Shown here one piece after another: positions 8,267 to 17,426 of a stretch of 64,000 nucleotides of DNA. This DNA is from a virus (lineage: Duplodnaviria; Caudoviricetes), in the IMG/VR virus record IMGVR_UViG_3300012984_000010; one strand, 5' to 3'. Below the pieces are notes generated by a model. That model worked only from the letters and a program-made list of their open reading frames with translations, ran no database searches and was not told where the DNA came from. How positions within the stretch are numbered: position 1 is the first letter of the stretch; each line of letters opens with the position of its first letter. The position numbers were made by a program, and so were the translations under genes.

Positions 8267-9457
8267 ATGTCCAGAAAATTCAAGAAGCTAGCCCAAGAAC
8301 TGTCCCAAAAGACTGGCACCTCCTATGCGGGGGCGGTCAATCTGTTGAGGAAAGGTAATCGACGTCCGCCTCAAGCTCCGCTTACGATCCTCCAGTACTG
8401 CGATGAATTAGGGATCGCGCTATATCCAGTCCAACGTTTCATCCTCAAGATGCTTTATCATCTGAAGCTGGACTCCAAAATACCTCGTCACCCCCATAAG
8501 CGCATAGTGGTGAGAGACCCTCTAGATCCGTCCAAGAAGCCAAAAATACTTTCCGAGGTTGGGTATCTCAAGTTCTTGTACGATGCGGGGCGCTGTAATA
8601 TTGGAGTGCAGGACCACGCTCGACGCCAAATAGTGGGGGTGTTGGGTCGCCGTTCGGGAAAGACCACCTTGTCCGCTCTGTTCACTTCATATGAAACCTA
8701 CCGACTGCTTCAGTTGGGAAACCCTCAAGCACACTACGGTTTGCCTGAAGGTAATCGCATACAGGTATTGGCAGTATCGCACGACAAAGATCAAGCTGGA
8801 TTCTTGTTCAATGAAGTGACCAGCCACATCACCAGGTTAGATTCTTTCAAGGACAGTGTGGCAAGCAATACTCAGACTAGCCTCAAGTTTCGAACTTCAC
8901 ATGACTTGGAACAGAAAGAGGTGAGGCCCAGCATTCAAGCCAATTTCAAGAGCTGTTTAGCCAGTAGTCTCAGAGGGTATTCCAATGCGGCGATTGTACT
9001 GGATGAGGTAGCGTTTTTCCACACGGGAGAGGATACCTATATGGCTTCAGCGCCTAGCACGGCCTGGTATAGTCAAAAAGGGGCCGGCAGAATGCTCCTC
9101 ATCTCTACTCCTGATGGCAAAGAAGGGACGCTGTTCCGGCTACATAGATTGGCCTTGAACGGCCCAATAGAGCAAACAGACGACCTGTTGATGCTCCAAA
9201 TCCCCACGTGGGAAGCCAATCCCAAGTTACCTGATTCGATTTACATGGCCGCTAAAGAACAGGGAACGTTCGCAGAATGGTCCGCGAAGTTCGTCGCTAA
9301 GAAGCCGCCTCCCCCTATTGTGACTCCAATCGTTCAAGATACTGTACAGTCGGATATCAAGCTGCAATTCATGGCTGAGATGCTTCAACAGTTGTCGGCT
9401 GAGCAGTTGAGTCAGTTGATTCAACTGGCGAATCAACGGCTAAATCAGGTTGTTTGA
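8267..9457 (+). CDS. Terminase large-subunit-like ATPase lacking the C-terminal nuclease domain
   Basis: Walker A GRRSGKT, DKDQAG.LF, Walker B IVLDEVAFF, LISTP, IPTWEANP; ends ~75 aa later in a Pro-rich linker plus helix; SD GAGG before ATG 8267. Confidence 0.8.
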   Translation: MSRKFKKLAQELSQKTGTSYAGAVNLLRKGNRRPPQAPLTILQYCDELGIALYPVQRFILKMLYHLKLDSKIPRHPHKRIVVRDPLDPSKKPKILSEVGYLKFLYDAGRCNIGVQDHARRQIVGVLGRRSGKTTLSALFTSYETYRLLQLGNPQAHYGLPEGNRIQVLAVSHDKDQAGFLFNEVTSHITRLDSFKDSVASNTQTSLKFRTSHDLEQKEVRPSIQANFKSCLASSLRGYSNAAIVLDEVAFFHTGEDTYMASAPSTAWYSQKGAGRMLLISTPDGKEGTLFRLHRLALNGPIEQTDDLLMLQIPTWEANPKLPDSIYMAAKEQGTFAEWSAKFVAKKPPPPIVTPIVQDTVQSDIKLQFMAEMLQQLSAEQLSQLIQLANQRLNQVV

Positions 9458-9888
9458 GCCTCAGGGATATTGTTCAGGTCCACTTCCGACCAATATCCTG
9501 ACGGTCCGGCCCACCGCACTAGCGGATTTCGCATAGGGATGACCTCTTGGCGGAAGGAATTGCCGTATTCGTACATGTCTGAACCATTCAGAATGTGATC
9601 GACCTTAACCTTATAGGTCCGACCTGCCGGCTTCGGCTCTCGTCCAACCGTCTTGACGATCGTGCCTTTGACGATCGTCACCATCATGCCTGGCTTGATA
9701 GGCAGACTGTCATCCGACATGTAGCCGCAGTACTTGGGCAACACCTTGCCGGATTCACGATCTCGACAGCCCAACAGGTACCCTTTTTCGTAATAACTAC
9801 CTGGGTACGCTAGTTTTTCATTGGGATCTTGACCCTGCATACCAGCCAGGTAGCCGTTCGTCAGCGAATCCATTTTGAGCATGTCCAT
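9445..9888 (-). CDS. Hypothetical protein
   Basis: Class A promoter 6 nt before ATG. Confidence 0.75.
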   Translation of the reverse strand: MDMLKMDSLTNGYLAGMQGQDPNEKLAYPGSYYEKGYLLGCRDRESGKVLPKYCGYMSDDSLPIKPGMMVTIVKGTIVKTVGREPKPAGRTYKVKVDHILNGSDMYEYGNSFRQEVIPMRNPLVRWAGPSGYWSEVDLNNIPEAQTT

Positions 9889-9894
9889 GGCTGA

Positions 9895-9922
9895 TAGAAC
9901 GGAAGCGGACTTGGAAAGTTAA
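9895..9922 (-). promoter_or_regulatory. Class A promoter
   Basis: TTAAC-N15-CCGTTCTA-N6-ATG(9888). Confidence 0.8.
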
Positions 9923-9923
9923 C

Positions 9924-10025
9924 CTAGTGGCTGGCACAAAAAGCGAAGAACAAACACACCACCGCGATACAGAGTACACAGCCTAGGTTCTCACCAATTT
10001 CCAACGTCACTTCTTTGCGTGGCAT
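9924..10025 (-). CDS. Small membrane protein, 33 aa (not in ORF track)
   Basis: MPRKEVTLEIGENLGCVLCIAVVCLFFAFCASH; class B motif (10036-10041) 10 nt before ATG. Confidence 0.55.
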   Translation of the reverse strand: MPRKEVTLEIGENLGCVLCIAVVCLFFAFCASH

Positions 10026-10117
10026 CCGCCCCCTATACACCGTAAACCCTTATGGTGCGTGGAGGCCGGCCGTACTGGCCTAGGCCAATCTCTGGTGTAA
10101 GCAAACCTCAAGGAACC

Positions 10118-11020
10118 ATGACCAATACACATACATTCAAACTCAAGCTACTGATACTGACACTCATCCTTACAGCTCTGGGCTGTGACCGTCGTACGTC
10201 GACCAACGTCACCATCACCAATACCGCCCCAGCATCCGTCTCTCCACAGGATTTCGCGTTGGAAACGGTGGTCGGCCTGTTGAAGGCTGGAGTGGCGGAC
10301 GCCGCCACTCTTGAAGCCAAGATCAATGATCCCGCCAGCGGTATCAACAATGTTGACATCGACAAAGACGGGAAGGTCGATTACATCCAGGTTGTAGAAC
10401 AACCGATTCCATCTGGGAAGAAGCTAGAACTGATCGCCCAACCGTCCAGCGGCACCATGCCGGAGATGACGATCGCTGCTATCAAGTTCGATACCACAGG
10501 GCCTGAGTTGGTGGCCGAGGCCGGATTTGCTCCGCTGATCGATCCAGGTGGGGCACACTACTACCGTTCAAGTCTAGCCTCAGACCTGTTGTTCACCCAA
10601 TGGCTACTGATGGCCTCTCGCCCCGTCTACGTCGTTCACCCTCGTCCGCTAGGGTATACGTACTACACTCGACGTTCAGCACCAGCTTTCACCCAGACCC
10701 GAACGACGTTCAGCCAACAGACCCGTATTGCCCCCATCCAGGCTCAACCTCGTCCCGCCACCTTCAATGCAGGGCGACTCACACAACCTCCCCGATCGAC
10801 GCCTCGCCCCGTAGCTACCACTTTGACAGGCGCCTCCCAAGGCGTGTCCAACTTCGCGGTAGACAACCGTCAAAAGGCGGCCGGCACAGCATTCGGAGCC
10901 GCCCCCTCCAAACCTTCCACCACATTCAGCGCTCCTGCCTCCAAACCAGCTGCTGCACCTTCTCGTCCTGCAGCATCCCCATCACGTCCCGCCTCTCCGT
11001 CTCGCGGGAGGTCTCGTTAA
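10118..11020 (+). CDS. Putative lipoprotein with EF-hand-like motif and low-complexity tail
   Basis: Signal plus lipobox TALG-C; INNVDIDKDGKVDYIQVVE; Ser/Pro/Arg-rich C-terminus; SD AAGGA before ATG 10118. Confidence 0.75.
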   Translation: MTNTHTFKLKLLILTLILTALGCDRRTSTNVTITNTAPASVSPQDFALETVVGLLKAGVADAATLEAKINDPASGINNVDIDKDGKVDYIQVVEQPIPSGKKLELIAQPSSGTMPEMTIAAIKFDTTGPELVAEAGFAPLIDPGGAHYYRSSLASDLLFTQWLLMASRPVYVVHPRPLGYTYYTRRSAPAFTQTRTTFSQQTRIAPIQAQPRPATFNAGRLTQPPRSTPRPVATTLTGASQGVSNFAVDNRQKAAGTAFGAAPSKPSTTFSAPASKPAAAPSRPAASPSRPASPSRGRSR

Positions 11021-11021
11021 C

Positions 11022-12038
11022 ATGACCTGGCAAGACGATGTGTTGACACTCTCGGCCATCTACTTGATGGTAGAGCGTGGTCGCAAGTTTCCTCTCTACC
11101 CCACCACAGAGGATGATCGCAACGCAGCGTACGTCTTCAAATTGATGGACCAGAAGGGTATGGTTCGTCCAGTGGGGACCGAATGGCAGGTCACTGAACT
11201 GGGTCGAGAGGCGTTGGTTCGAGCCATCAAAGCTCAAGACATCTTGCGTCAACTGGAGATCTTCAGTGCTGTTGATGTTACCCGAAACCTCACGGCGGAC
11301 GAAGCCAGACCAGAAGATTCTACTCAGGTTCTGGAGTATGTGTGGGATCCACGGTTCAGCGATGCTCTCCCAGAGGCGCACGATATGCGGCTGGCCGTCA
11401 TCACTTGGTTGGGGCAAGTGATCAACAAGAAAGAAGTCTCACCCCACACGATCATCTTCCTACAGAAGCTGGGAAGCGGTCAGTTTTCAGTAGCCGACTT
11501 CTGGAGCAACATCTATGGGGGGTTCGCTGAGGTGGAGGCGATCGTCATCTCCAACTATCGTTGGACCGATATGGCACCAGAAGATCTGGAGCTCGCCAAG
11601 CAGCGGATGCAAGCTCTGTATACGGCCGGCACCATTGAGCAGCAGAAGCGTGAGGGCAGCTCTTGTATAGGATGTCTGATTCCACTCGTTCTCTACGAAC
11701 AAGCCGCCGCCCGAGAAGGACAGCAACTCACCAATTGTCCGTCCTGTCAACGGCAGCTCTCTGCTCCCGCCTCGATCGGCACCCCAGGGACGGCGACCTG
11801 TCCAAAGTGCAGCTCCGTTATCTATGATGGTGAGACCACCTGTGGCGGCTGCGGCGCTCTGATCGACTTCTCATTGCCGGCAGGTTCAATCCAAACCGAC
11901 ACCATCGAGACCACCACCTATGAGACTGTCTGGAGTAGCAGCTACGGCTATACCTCATACGGCTGGCTGAATCCGTGGGATCCCTACGCAGACGCTTTGG
12001 CGTTTGGCTTCCTATTCTACGACCCCTGGTACTACTGA
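11022..12038 (+). CDS. Hypothetical protein with C-terminal double Zn ribbon and aromatic tail
   Basis: CIGC, CPSC, CPKC, CGGC; Tyr/Trp-rich end. Confidence 0.75.
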   Translation: MTWQDDVLTLSAIYLMVERGRKFPLYPTTEDDRNAAYVFKLMDQKGMVRPVGTEWQVTELGREALVRAIKAQDILRQLEIFSAVDVTRNLTADEARPEDSTQVLEYVWDPRFSDALPEAHDMRLAVITWLGQVINKKEVSPHTIIFLQKLGSGQFSVADFWSNIYGGFAEVEAIVISNYRWTDMAPEDLELAKQRMQALYTAGTIEQQKREGSSCIGCLIPLVLYEQAAAREGQQLTNCPSCQRQLSAPASIGTPGTATCPKCSSVIYDGETTCGGCGALIDFSLPAGSIQTDTIETTTYETVWSSSYGYTSYGWLNPWDPYADALAFGFLFYDPWYY

Positions 12039-12074
12039 AGGAGCCTACATGGCGGTGTATAACTGTACGCCGCC

Positions 12075-12920
12075 ATGTCTCGCATCATTTGGTCGACCGA
12101 CACTCATCTCAATTTCCTGAAGTTCCCGAACGGAGCTATGGCTTTCGGTGAGTATTTGCGCAAAGAGCAGCCAGCCGACGCGCTGGTGATCACAGGGGAT
12201 ATCTCGGAAGGGTTAGAGGTAGAACACCATATCAAAGAAGTCCAAAAAGGCTTCGAGAAACCAGTCTACTTCGTACTAGGCAACCACGACTATTACCGTA
12301 GCTCGTTTGCAGAGATTGATCGGAAGATGGCTTCTGTGCCTGGTTGGTTGACCAAGGCTGGAGTGGTCGAAATAGCCGAAGGTGTGGCGTTGGTGGGGAA
12401 TGAGGGTTGGTACGATGGGGAGTTTGGGTACCCCTACGCCAGATTTGGGATGGCAGATTGGTCCCTAATCAGTGAGCTGAAGTCCTACATATCGAGGGAC
12501 GATTTGCTGGCAAAGATTAGGGCTCGTGCGACTGCGGCTGTGTCGGCTGCTTGCGATGTTTTGGAAGAAGCCGTCTCCAAGTATCAGCTGGTACTTTTTG
12601 CCACACATGTCCCTCCTTTCCGAGAGAGTGCTTGGCACGAAGGTCAAATCAGCAACGACACCTACCTACCTTGGTTCAGCAGCAAGAGGATGGGGGACAT
12701 GTTGATGCAGGTGGCGGAGGCTAACCCCACCAAACGTATCCTGGTCCTGTGTGGCCATAGTCACAGCTTCGGAACCTATGATGCAGCCCCTAATCTGAAG
12801 GTTTTGACCGGTAAGGCGATCTATGGGGCTCCCGACTTGGCGGGTATCCTGGAAATACAGGGTGGAAAGATCAACGTCTCGATGCGGGACAATAGCTGGC
12901 TGGATATAGGTGTGTTCTGA
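12075..12920 (+). CDS. Calcineurin-like metallophosphoesterase (CpdA/Icc-like)
   Basis: DTHL, ITGDIS, LGNHDYY, ATHVPP, GHSH. Confidence 0.9.
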   Translation: MSRIIWSTDTHLNFLKFPNGAMAFGEYLRKEQPADALVITGDISEGLEVEHHIKEVQKGFEKPVYFVLGNHDYYRSSFAEIDRKMASVPGWLTKAGVVEIAEGVALVGNEGWYDGEFGYPYARFGMADWSLISELKSYISRDDLLAKIRARATAAVSAACDVLEEAVSKYQLVLFATHVPPFRESAWHEGQISNDTYLPWFSSKRMGDMLMQVAEANPTKRILVLCGHSHSFGTYDAAPNLKVLTGKAIYGAPDLAGILEIQGGKINVSMRDNSWLDIGVF

Positions 12921-13189
12921 AACCGTTAGGCGAACCGGTAGTTATTCCGTATCGCCGTTGGAAGCACAAGACACACGGGTATACGGCAGAAGTGTTGGGA
13001 GTGCACCATCACTTGGGTCAGCATGGGTATTACACGACCGTGACTGTCAAGGGCACACTGCAATCCAAGGTCAAGCAAGCCATATGGTCGGCTAGCAGAT
13101 TCCTCCAGGAATTCAAACCCAGAGGAAAGAAGATCAAACCTGTCTCTCAATGGGGTCATTTGCTGGATGGGTCTTTAGATCTGATCTAA
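12917..13189 (+). CDS. Hypothetical protein (start uncertain)
   Basis: Frame is open from CTG 12917, overlapping the upstream TGA; GTG 12992 is an alternative; ends SQWGHLLDGSLDLI. Confidence 0.55.
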   Translation: MKPLGEPVVIPYRRWKHKTHGYTAEVLGVHHHLGQHGYYTTVTVKGTLQSKVKQAIWSASRFLQEFKPRGKKIKPVSQWGHLLDGSLDLI

Positions 13190-13208
13190 GCTGGCCGTCA
13201 ATCTAGCG

Positions 13209-13331
13209 ATGACCTTTGGAGTATTGGTGATACTGTTCGGAATTTGGCTCCTACGGGCAACCCTAAGAATCAGGGTGCCGAAGAAGCCGACCCTAGGTAG
13301 TGGAAAATCGGCGGAAATTTCACAACACTGA
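13209..13331 (+). CDS. Small membrane protein, 40 aa (not in ORF track)
   Basis: MTFGVLVILFGIWLLRATLRIRVPKK... Confidence 0.5.
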   Translation: MTFGVLVILFGIWLLRATLRIRVPKKPTLGSGKSAEISQH

Positions 13332-13389
13332 TTACGCCTGGCGTCATAATTTGGTTCGATATAGTTTTAGGGTGCCGACCATTTGTAGG

Positions 13390-13707
13390 ATGCACTCACT
13401 CTCGGACTACACTGACGGTAAAGAACCGCTACCTTTCATGGTGGAGCTCTCCAAGAGCATCATCTTGGCGGAGCTCCAGAGTCAGGTTGAGGCCAAGATA
13501 GACCCCGCATCTCTTGCGTACGATACTGACTCATTTGTCTGGGAAGCTGGGCAGATCGTGATGATGCTTACCTTTCGAGATTCCTCGGGTTTTGCACAGG
13601 GTAGGGTCTACATTCAACCTAGCGTGAGTGAGGCTCTCGATGTATGCTTCCTCGTAGATGCCGAGTTCATAGGGTACCTGCCAACACGCAATGAGGGTCT
13701 GAACTGA
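13390..13707 (+). CDS. Hypothetical protein
   Basis: ATG 13390 (MHSLSDY) preferred. Confidence 0.55.
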   Translation: MHSLSDYTDGKEPLPFMVELSKSIILAELQSQVEAKIDPASLAYDTDSFVWEAGQIVMMLTFRDSSGFAQGRVYIQPSVSEALDVCFLVDAEFIGYLPTRNEGLN

Positions 13708-13716
13708 TCGACCAAA

Positions 13717-14163
13717 ATGTCTCCGCTACTACCAATCGAACGCACCTCTGACACCCCGATACGTCCCAAAGACATTGACGGAGATAGTGCCTTCATTGGT
13801 GCCTTCAGGCAAAAAGAGCAAGAGCAGGCCGCCATCTGGATAGTACGCTTCTGTCAGGCCCGCCACAGTTGGAAACCGTTCAAGGTATGCGACCTTGCCA
13901 GTTACTCGATGCTGAATGGTGGGGTTGAGGTCTCTGATATAGAAAAAGTTCTGGCCTTCCTTTCCCTGTTCGAGGGTATCATCGAACAGTTGTCTGATTG
14001 TGGGGTTTTGATTGTGGAGGAAACGGTCACCCTCACTACCGCCTTCGTGGCAAGATGTTATCTGCACGCGCCTGTATTGGGGTTACCGGTCAAGAAAAGA
14101 GTCAGGAAGCCTAAAATAGACACTAGGGTCAGCCGTTATGACCTATTGAAAACATGCTCCTAA
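13717..14163 (+). CDS. Hypothetical protein with C-terminal SRYxLL tag
   Basis: Ends KPKIDTRVSRYDLLKTCS. Confidence 0.7.
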   Translation: MSPLLPIERTSDTPIRPKDIDGDSAFIGAFRQKEQEQAAIWIVRFCQARHSWKPFKVCDLASYSMLNGGVEVSDIEKVLAFLSLFEGIIEQLSDCGVLIVEETVTLTTAFVARCYLHAPVLGLPVKKRVRKPKIDTRVSRYDLLKTCS

Positions 14164-14399
14164 CTTTGCTGACCCTGTTCGCCACCTGGCTCGTCATCCG
14201 CTCTAACCAACTTCATGCCCGAATACCTACCTGTAGGTACCCAGATTTGGGTTCGCTGACTCAGGCGATAGAAGGGCTGGTCGCCGCCTACATGGGTTGT
14301 GCCATCTGCTGTGTGTTCATCCGGCCATGGGGCCTAATATCGGCGGGATGGATTTTGACCTTCGCAGCTATTTGTAAGGTCAGGAGCCTAGCCTCTTAA
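14154..14399 (+). CDS. Hypothetical membrane protein
   Basis: Three hydrophobic segments. Confidence 0.6.
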   Translation: MLLTLLTLFATWLVIRSNQLHARIPTCRYPDLGSLTQAIEGLVAAYMGCAICCVFIRPWGLISAGWILTFAAICKVRSLAS

Positions 14400-14423
14400 C
14401 CTTTTCCAATCCGATCCGTTATA
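14396..14423 (+). promoter_or_regulatory. Class A promoter
   Basis: TTAAC-N15-CCGTTATA-N6-ATG(14430). Confidence 0.8.
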
Positions 14424-14429
14424 GGGGTT

Positions 14430-15257
14430 ATGACCACCCTGAAGACCCGCTTCATCGGATTCTGCCCCATCTGCGAAGGAGACTTCAAACTCCTTAACCA
14501 AAGGCTGGTCCACCACGGCTACCGCCGCCCAGGCTGGGGGTATATCGTCGGGGATTGTCCGTCGGTTCACGAGCTGCCCTATGAGCTTTCGAATGAGGTC
14601 TGCAAGAAGTACCAGGAGGATTGTCGGAACGCTTTGCAGAACACCAGGACTTACCTAGTCCGCCTCCAAGCAGGTGAGGTCAAAACCCTTCAGGTACCGG
14701 ACTACAGCAAGGGCTACAATCGTGATCCCGACATGATGGAGATCACGGTAGTCTACCTGGCCTTCCACCAAGCCTGGGAGGGCGCCATCTACGTGACCAC
14801 TCATCGGATCCAGAAGCTCGAAAGTGAGATCGAACGCATGCAGAGCTGGATCGACACTTGGACGCTCAAGCCGGTCCGCACCTTCGAGGAGGGGGTGGCT
14901 GCCAAGCGGGCTGCTGTTAGTGTCCGCAAAGCCGAGGCTGAGGCCAAGCGAGCTGTCAAGCGGGCCAAGGAAGCGGCTCTCAAAGCCAAATACGCCGCAT
15001 GGGAGGAAGAGAAAAAGACCCTCATGGCCAAGTACAAGGGAGCCTTCCTCGAATTGTCTGAGAAGCCGACTGCCAACATCGTCCTCCTTGAGGCCCGACG
15101 GCTCTACGCTGAAATGCGGAAAGCCCAGGGCAAGAAGGGGTACCTACACTTCTACTACCGTGAGTTGGAAATTACGGATCAGGTTTGGGTCGACTTAGGG
15201 TTGGCCGCTTGGGATTCTCGGCCGGGCCTAGACCCCTTCTTGCGATTCAAGTACTGA
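14430..15257 (+). CDS. Hypothetical protein with N-terminal Zn-binding motif and coiled coil
   Basis: CPIC...HHGYRRPGWG...GDC; Ala/Lys-rich helix. Confidence 0.75.
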   Translation: MTTLKTRFIGFCPICEGDFKLLNQRLVHHGYRRPGWGYIVGDCPSVHELPYELSNEVCKKYQEDCRNALQNTRTYLVRLQAGEVKTLQVPDYSKGYNRDPDMMEITVVYLAFHQAWEGAIYVTTHRIQKLESEIERMQSWIDTWTLKPVRTFEEGVAAKRAAVSVRKAEAEAKRAVKRAKEAALKAKYAAWEEEKKTLMAKYKGAFLELSEKPTANIVLLEARRLYAEMRKAQGKKGYLHFYYRELEITDQVWVDLGLAAWDSRPGLDPFLRFKY

Positions 15258-15262
15258 GGCGA

Positions 15263-15568
15263 ATGGTCAAGCAATACAGTGTAAACGGACTGAAGGGATG
15301 CGTCGAAATTCGGCGCATCCGTGCCACCAAACTAAAGGTTGGACTGTATTACGGCCCTCAGGCTGGTATTGAATCCGAACTGAATTATCCTTGGGTGACG
15401 GTTTGCGAGCAACATGGTAGTCTTCTCTGTCATGCCACGATGGAACGTGCCAAACAGTCTATTCCGTTCCCCGATTGGTGCGAGGCCTGTCAAAAAATCC
15501 TGTACAAGGAACACAAGACTGCTGAGAAGTACGGTTTGGGGTATATGCAAGGGCGAGGTGCCTCATGA
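15263..15568 (+). CDS. Hypothetical protein
   Basis: ATG 15263; WVTVCEQHG...WCEACQ; ATGA overlap with the next gene. Confidence 0.65.
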   Translation: MVKQYSVNGLKGCVEIRRIRATKLKVGLYYGPQAGIESELNYPWVTVCEQHGSLLCHATMERAKQSIPFPDWCEACQKILYKEHKTAEKYGLGYMQGRGAS

Positions 15569-16356
15569 TGAAACGAAGCCAATGGGATTCAGTTCTGCTT
15601 AGCCCCAACGTTCGGGAGCGTCTGGAAGATGTGCGGACTGAGATCGCCTTGGTGTTTCCGGAAGTGGCGGCAATGGTCGGCTTTGGCGGAGGTCAGTCGG
15701 GCCACAAGGACTTGTGGGAGCACACCAAGCAAGTGGTGTCGCAATGCATCCAGAGCAGGACTATCCGATGGGCTGCCTTGTTTCACGATGTGGGGAAGGT
15801 CCGCTGCTACACCAAGGACAAGGACGGAAAGATCGCCTTCATCGGCCATGAGCACGTCAGTGCCAAACTGTTTGCTCAAGCGGTCAAACGAGTGAACTTC
15901 GGGGTCAATGAACCGTTTTTCACGGCCGAGGAGGCCAAGGATATCAAGTTCTTGGTCTACAATCTGGGGTACGTTGAAGAATACGACTCTGGATGGACCG
16001 ATAGCGCGGTCCGCCGAGTGCACCGTCTAGCGGGTGACTACTTCAACGATCTGGTCGCTCTTGCGAGGGCCGATATCAGCTCCAAGAACGAGGCCAGGCG
16101 GAAACAACATTTCGAGAAGATGAAAGAGTTTCACGATCGAGCCCACAAGTTGGCTGAGATCGCCGCTACCCCACAACCCTTGATCTCTGGATTGGGTGAG
16201 GCGTTGTCCCAGAGTTTCGGCATCCCTCCATCCAAACAGTTGGGCGATTTGGTGAAAAAACTCAAAGCAGCCGTCCAGGCTGGAGACCTGCCCGTGCAAG
16301 CTAGTGTAGAGACAGTGATCGAATTCGTGAGAGAAAATAAGGACACTTACCTGTGA
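15565..16356 (+). CDS. HD/HDIG phosphohydrolase resembling the C-terminal part of CCA-adding enzymes, with no nucleotidyltransferase head
   Basis: HKDLWEHTKQVV, RWAALFHDVGK, FIGHEHVSA, L..LARAD, G..L......PSKQLG. Confidence 0.8.
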   Translation: MMKRSQWDSVLLSPNVRERLEDVRTEIALVFPEVAAMVGFGGGQSGHKDLWEHTKQVVSQCIQSRTIRWAALFHDVGKVRCYTKDKDGKIAFIGHEHVSAKLFAQAVKRVNFGVNEPFFTAEEAKDIKFLVYNLGYVEEYDSGWTDSAVRRVHRLAGDYFNDLVALARADISSKNEARRKQHFEKMKEFHDRAHKLAEIAATPQPLISGLGEALSQSFGIPPSKQLGDLVKKLKAAVQAGDLPVQASVETVIEFVRENKDTYL

Positions 16357-16910
16357 GCAATGTTGCTATCTACGGCGGGTCATTCGATCCTGTACATTTG
16401 GGTCACGTGATGGTAGTCACTCATCTGTTGCTCAACGATCCTGATGTGGATGAGGTGTTGATTGTGCCTTGTTTTCAGCAGACAGGGAAGCGGTTGACCA
16501 ATTTCGAGAATCGCCTTGACATGTGTCAGCTGGCTTTCGGATGGCTCCCCAGGGTCACTGTGAGCTCGATCGAGGAATACTTGGGAGGTGAAAGTGTCAC
16601 TTCTAGGTTGATTCAAGCGCTGGTGATCCGGAACCCCAACGCCAGATACCGTTTCGTCATGGGAGCAGATCTGATGGCACATGCTCCCATGTGGGAGGGG
16701 TGGCACATCATCGAGGATCTGGCTCCTCCCCTCGTGATCGGCCGTGCTGGTATTGCTCCTTTGGGCCCAGGAGACCCGACCCCTATCTCTCCAGTGGTCA
16801 GCTCTTCGATCGTCAGGGAAGCCCTTCACCGGCAAGACTACCACGCCGCTGAACGGTACCTGCCCCGAGAAGTCACCCAATACATCAAACGGCACCAACT
16901 CTACCTATGA
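16353..16910 (+). CDS. nadD: Nicotinate/nicotinamide-nucleotide adenylyltransferase
   Basis: IYGGSFDPVHLGH (HxGH), FVMGAD, VSSS.VR. Confidence 0.9.
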   Translation: MSNVAIYGGSFDPVHLGHVMVVTHLLLNDPDVDEVLIVPCFQQTGKRLTNFENRLDMCQLAFGWLPRVTVSSIEEYLGGESVTSRLIQALVIRNPNARYRFVMGADLMAHAPMWEGWHIIEDLAPPLVIGRAGIAPLGPGDPTPISPVVSSSIVREALHRQDYHAAERYLPREVTQYIKRHQLYL

Positions 16911-16970
16911 CCTGCAGACGCCCAACAGAGGAGGGCTTTCTCTAGTGACCCCAATCCGGAGTTCTAGAGA

Positions 16971-17165
16971 ATGCACATCCCCGAAGTATTACTACCGTTT
17001 GAATCGTTCCGTTACCGAGCCAATCATCTGCGGCGTACTCACGTGTTGCGTTTCTGTGACCGTTGTCTACGTAATCGACGGCGTTGCCGTGATTCGAAGA
17101 AGAACCGGACCAACCACACTATTTCGTGGAAAGCCCACCGTAGTACTCAATACCATCCAAAATGA
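16971..17165 (+). CDS. Hypothetical basic protein
   Basis: ORF ending in ATGA overlap with the next gene. Confidence 0.35.
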   Translation: MHIPEVLLPFESFRYRANHLRRTHVLRFCDRCLRNRRRCRDSKKNRTNHTISWKAHRSTQYHPK

Positions 17166-17425
17166 AAACAGCGGCGGAACGAGCCAAAGAAGTAGCCCAG
17201 GATCCTGAGATCAAGGCATGGATCCGCCGTTTTAAAAAGCTTGCGGCTGAGATGCCTAAATCGATTTGGGTGTATGTAGCCTCTGGAACACCCCATGTGA
17301 TGGCTTTTTCGGAAGAATCTCAAGATACTGGTACACAGATTTACGAGAACCCAGATGGGGGTATGACTCAAGAAGCTGTCATCGCATCTGTGAGAGGCGG
17401 TTCTTGGGACGGCGGAGATTGGTGA
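17162..17425 (+). CDS. Hypothetical protein
   Basis: ORF within the + operon; ends SWDGGDW. Confidence 0.65.
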   Translation: MKTAAERAKEVAQDPEIKAWIRRFKKLAAEMPKSIWVYVASGTPHVMAFSEESQDTGTQIYENPDGGMTQEAVIASVRGGSWDGGDW

Positions 17426-17426
17426 G

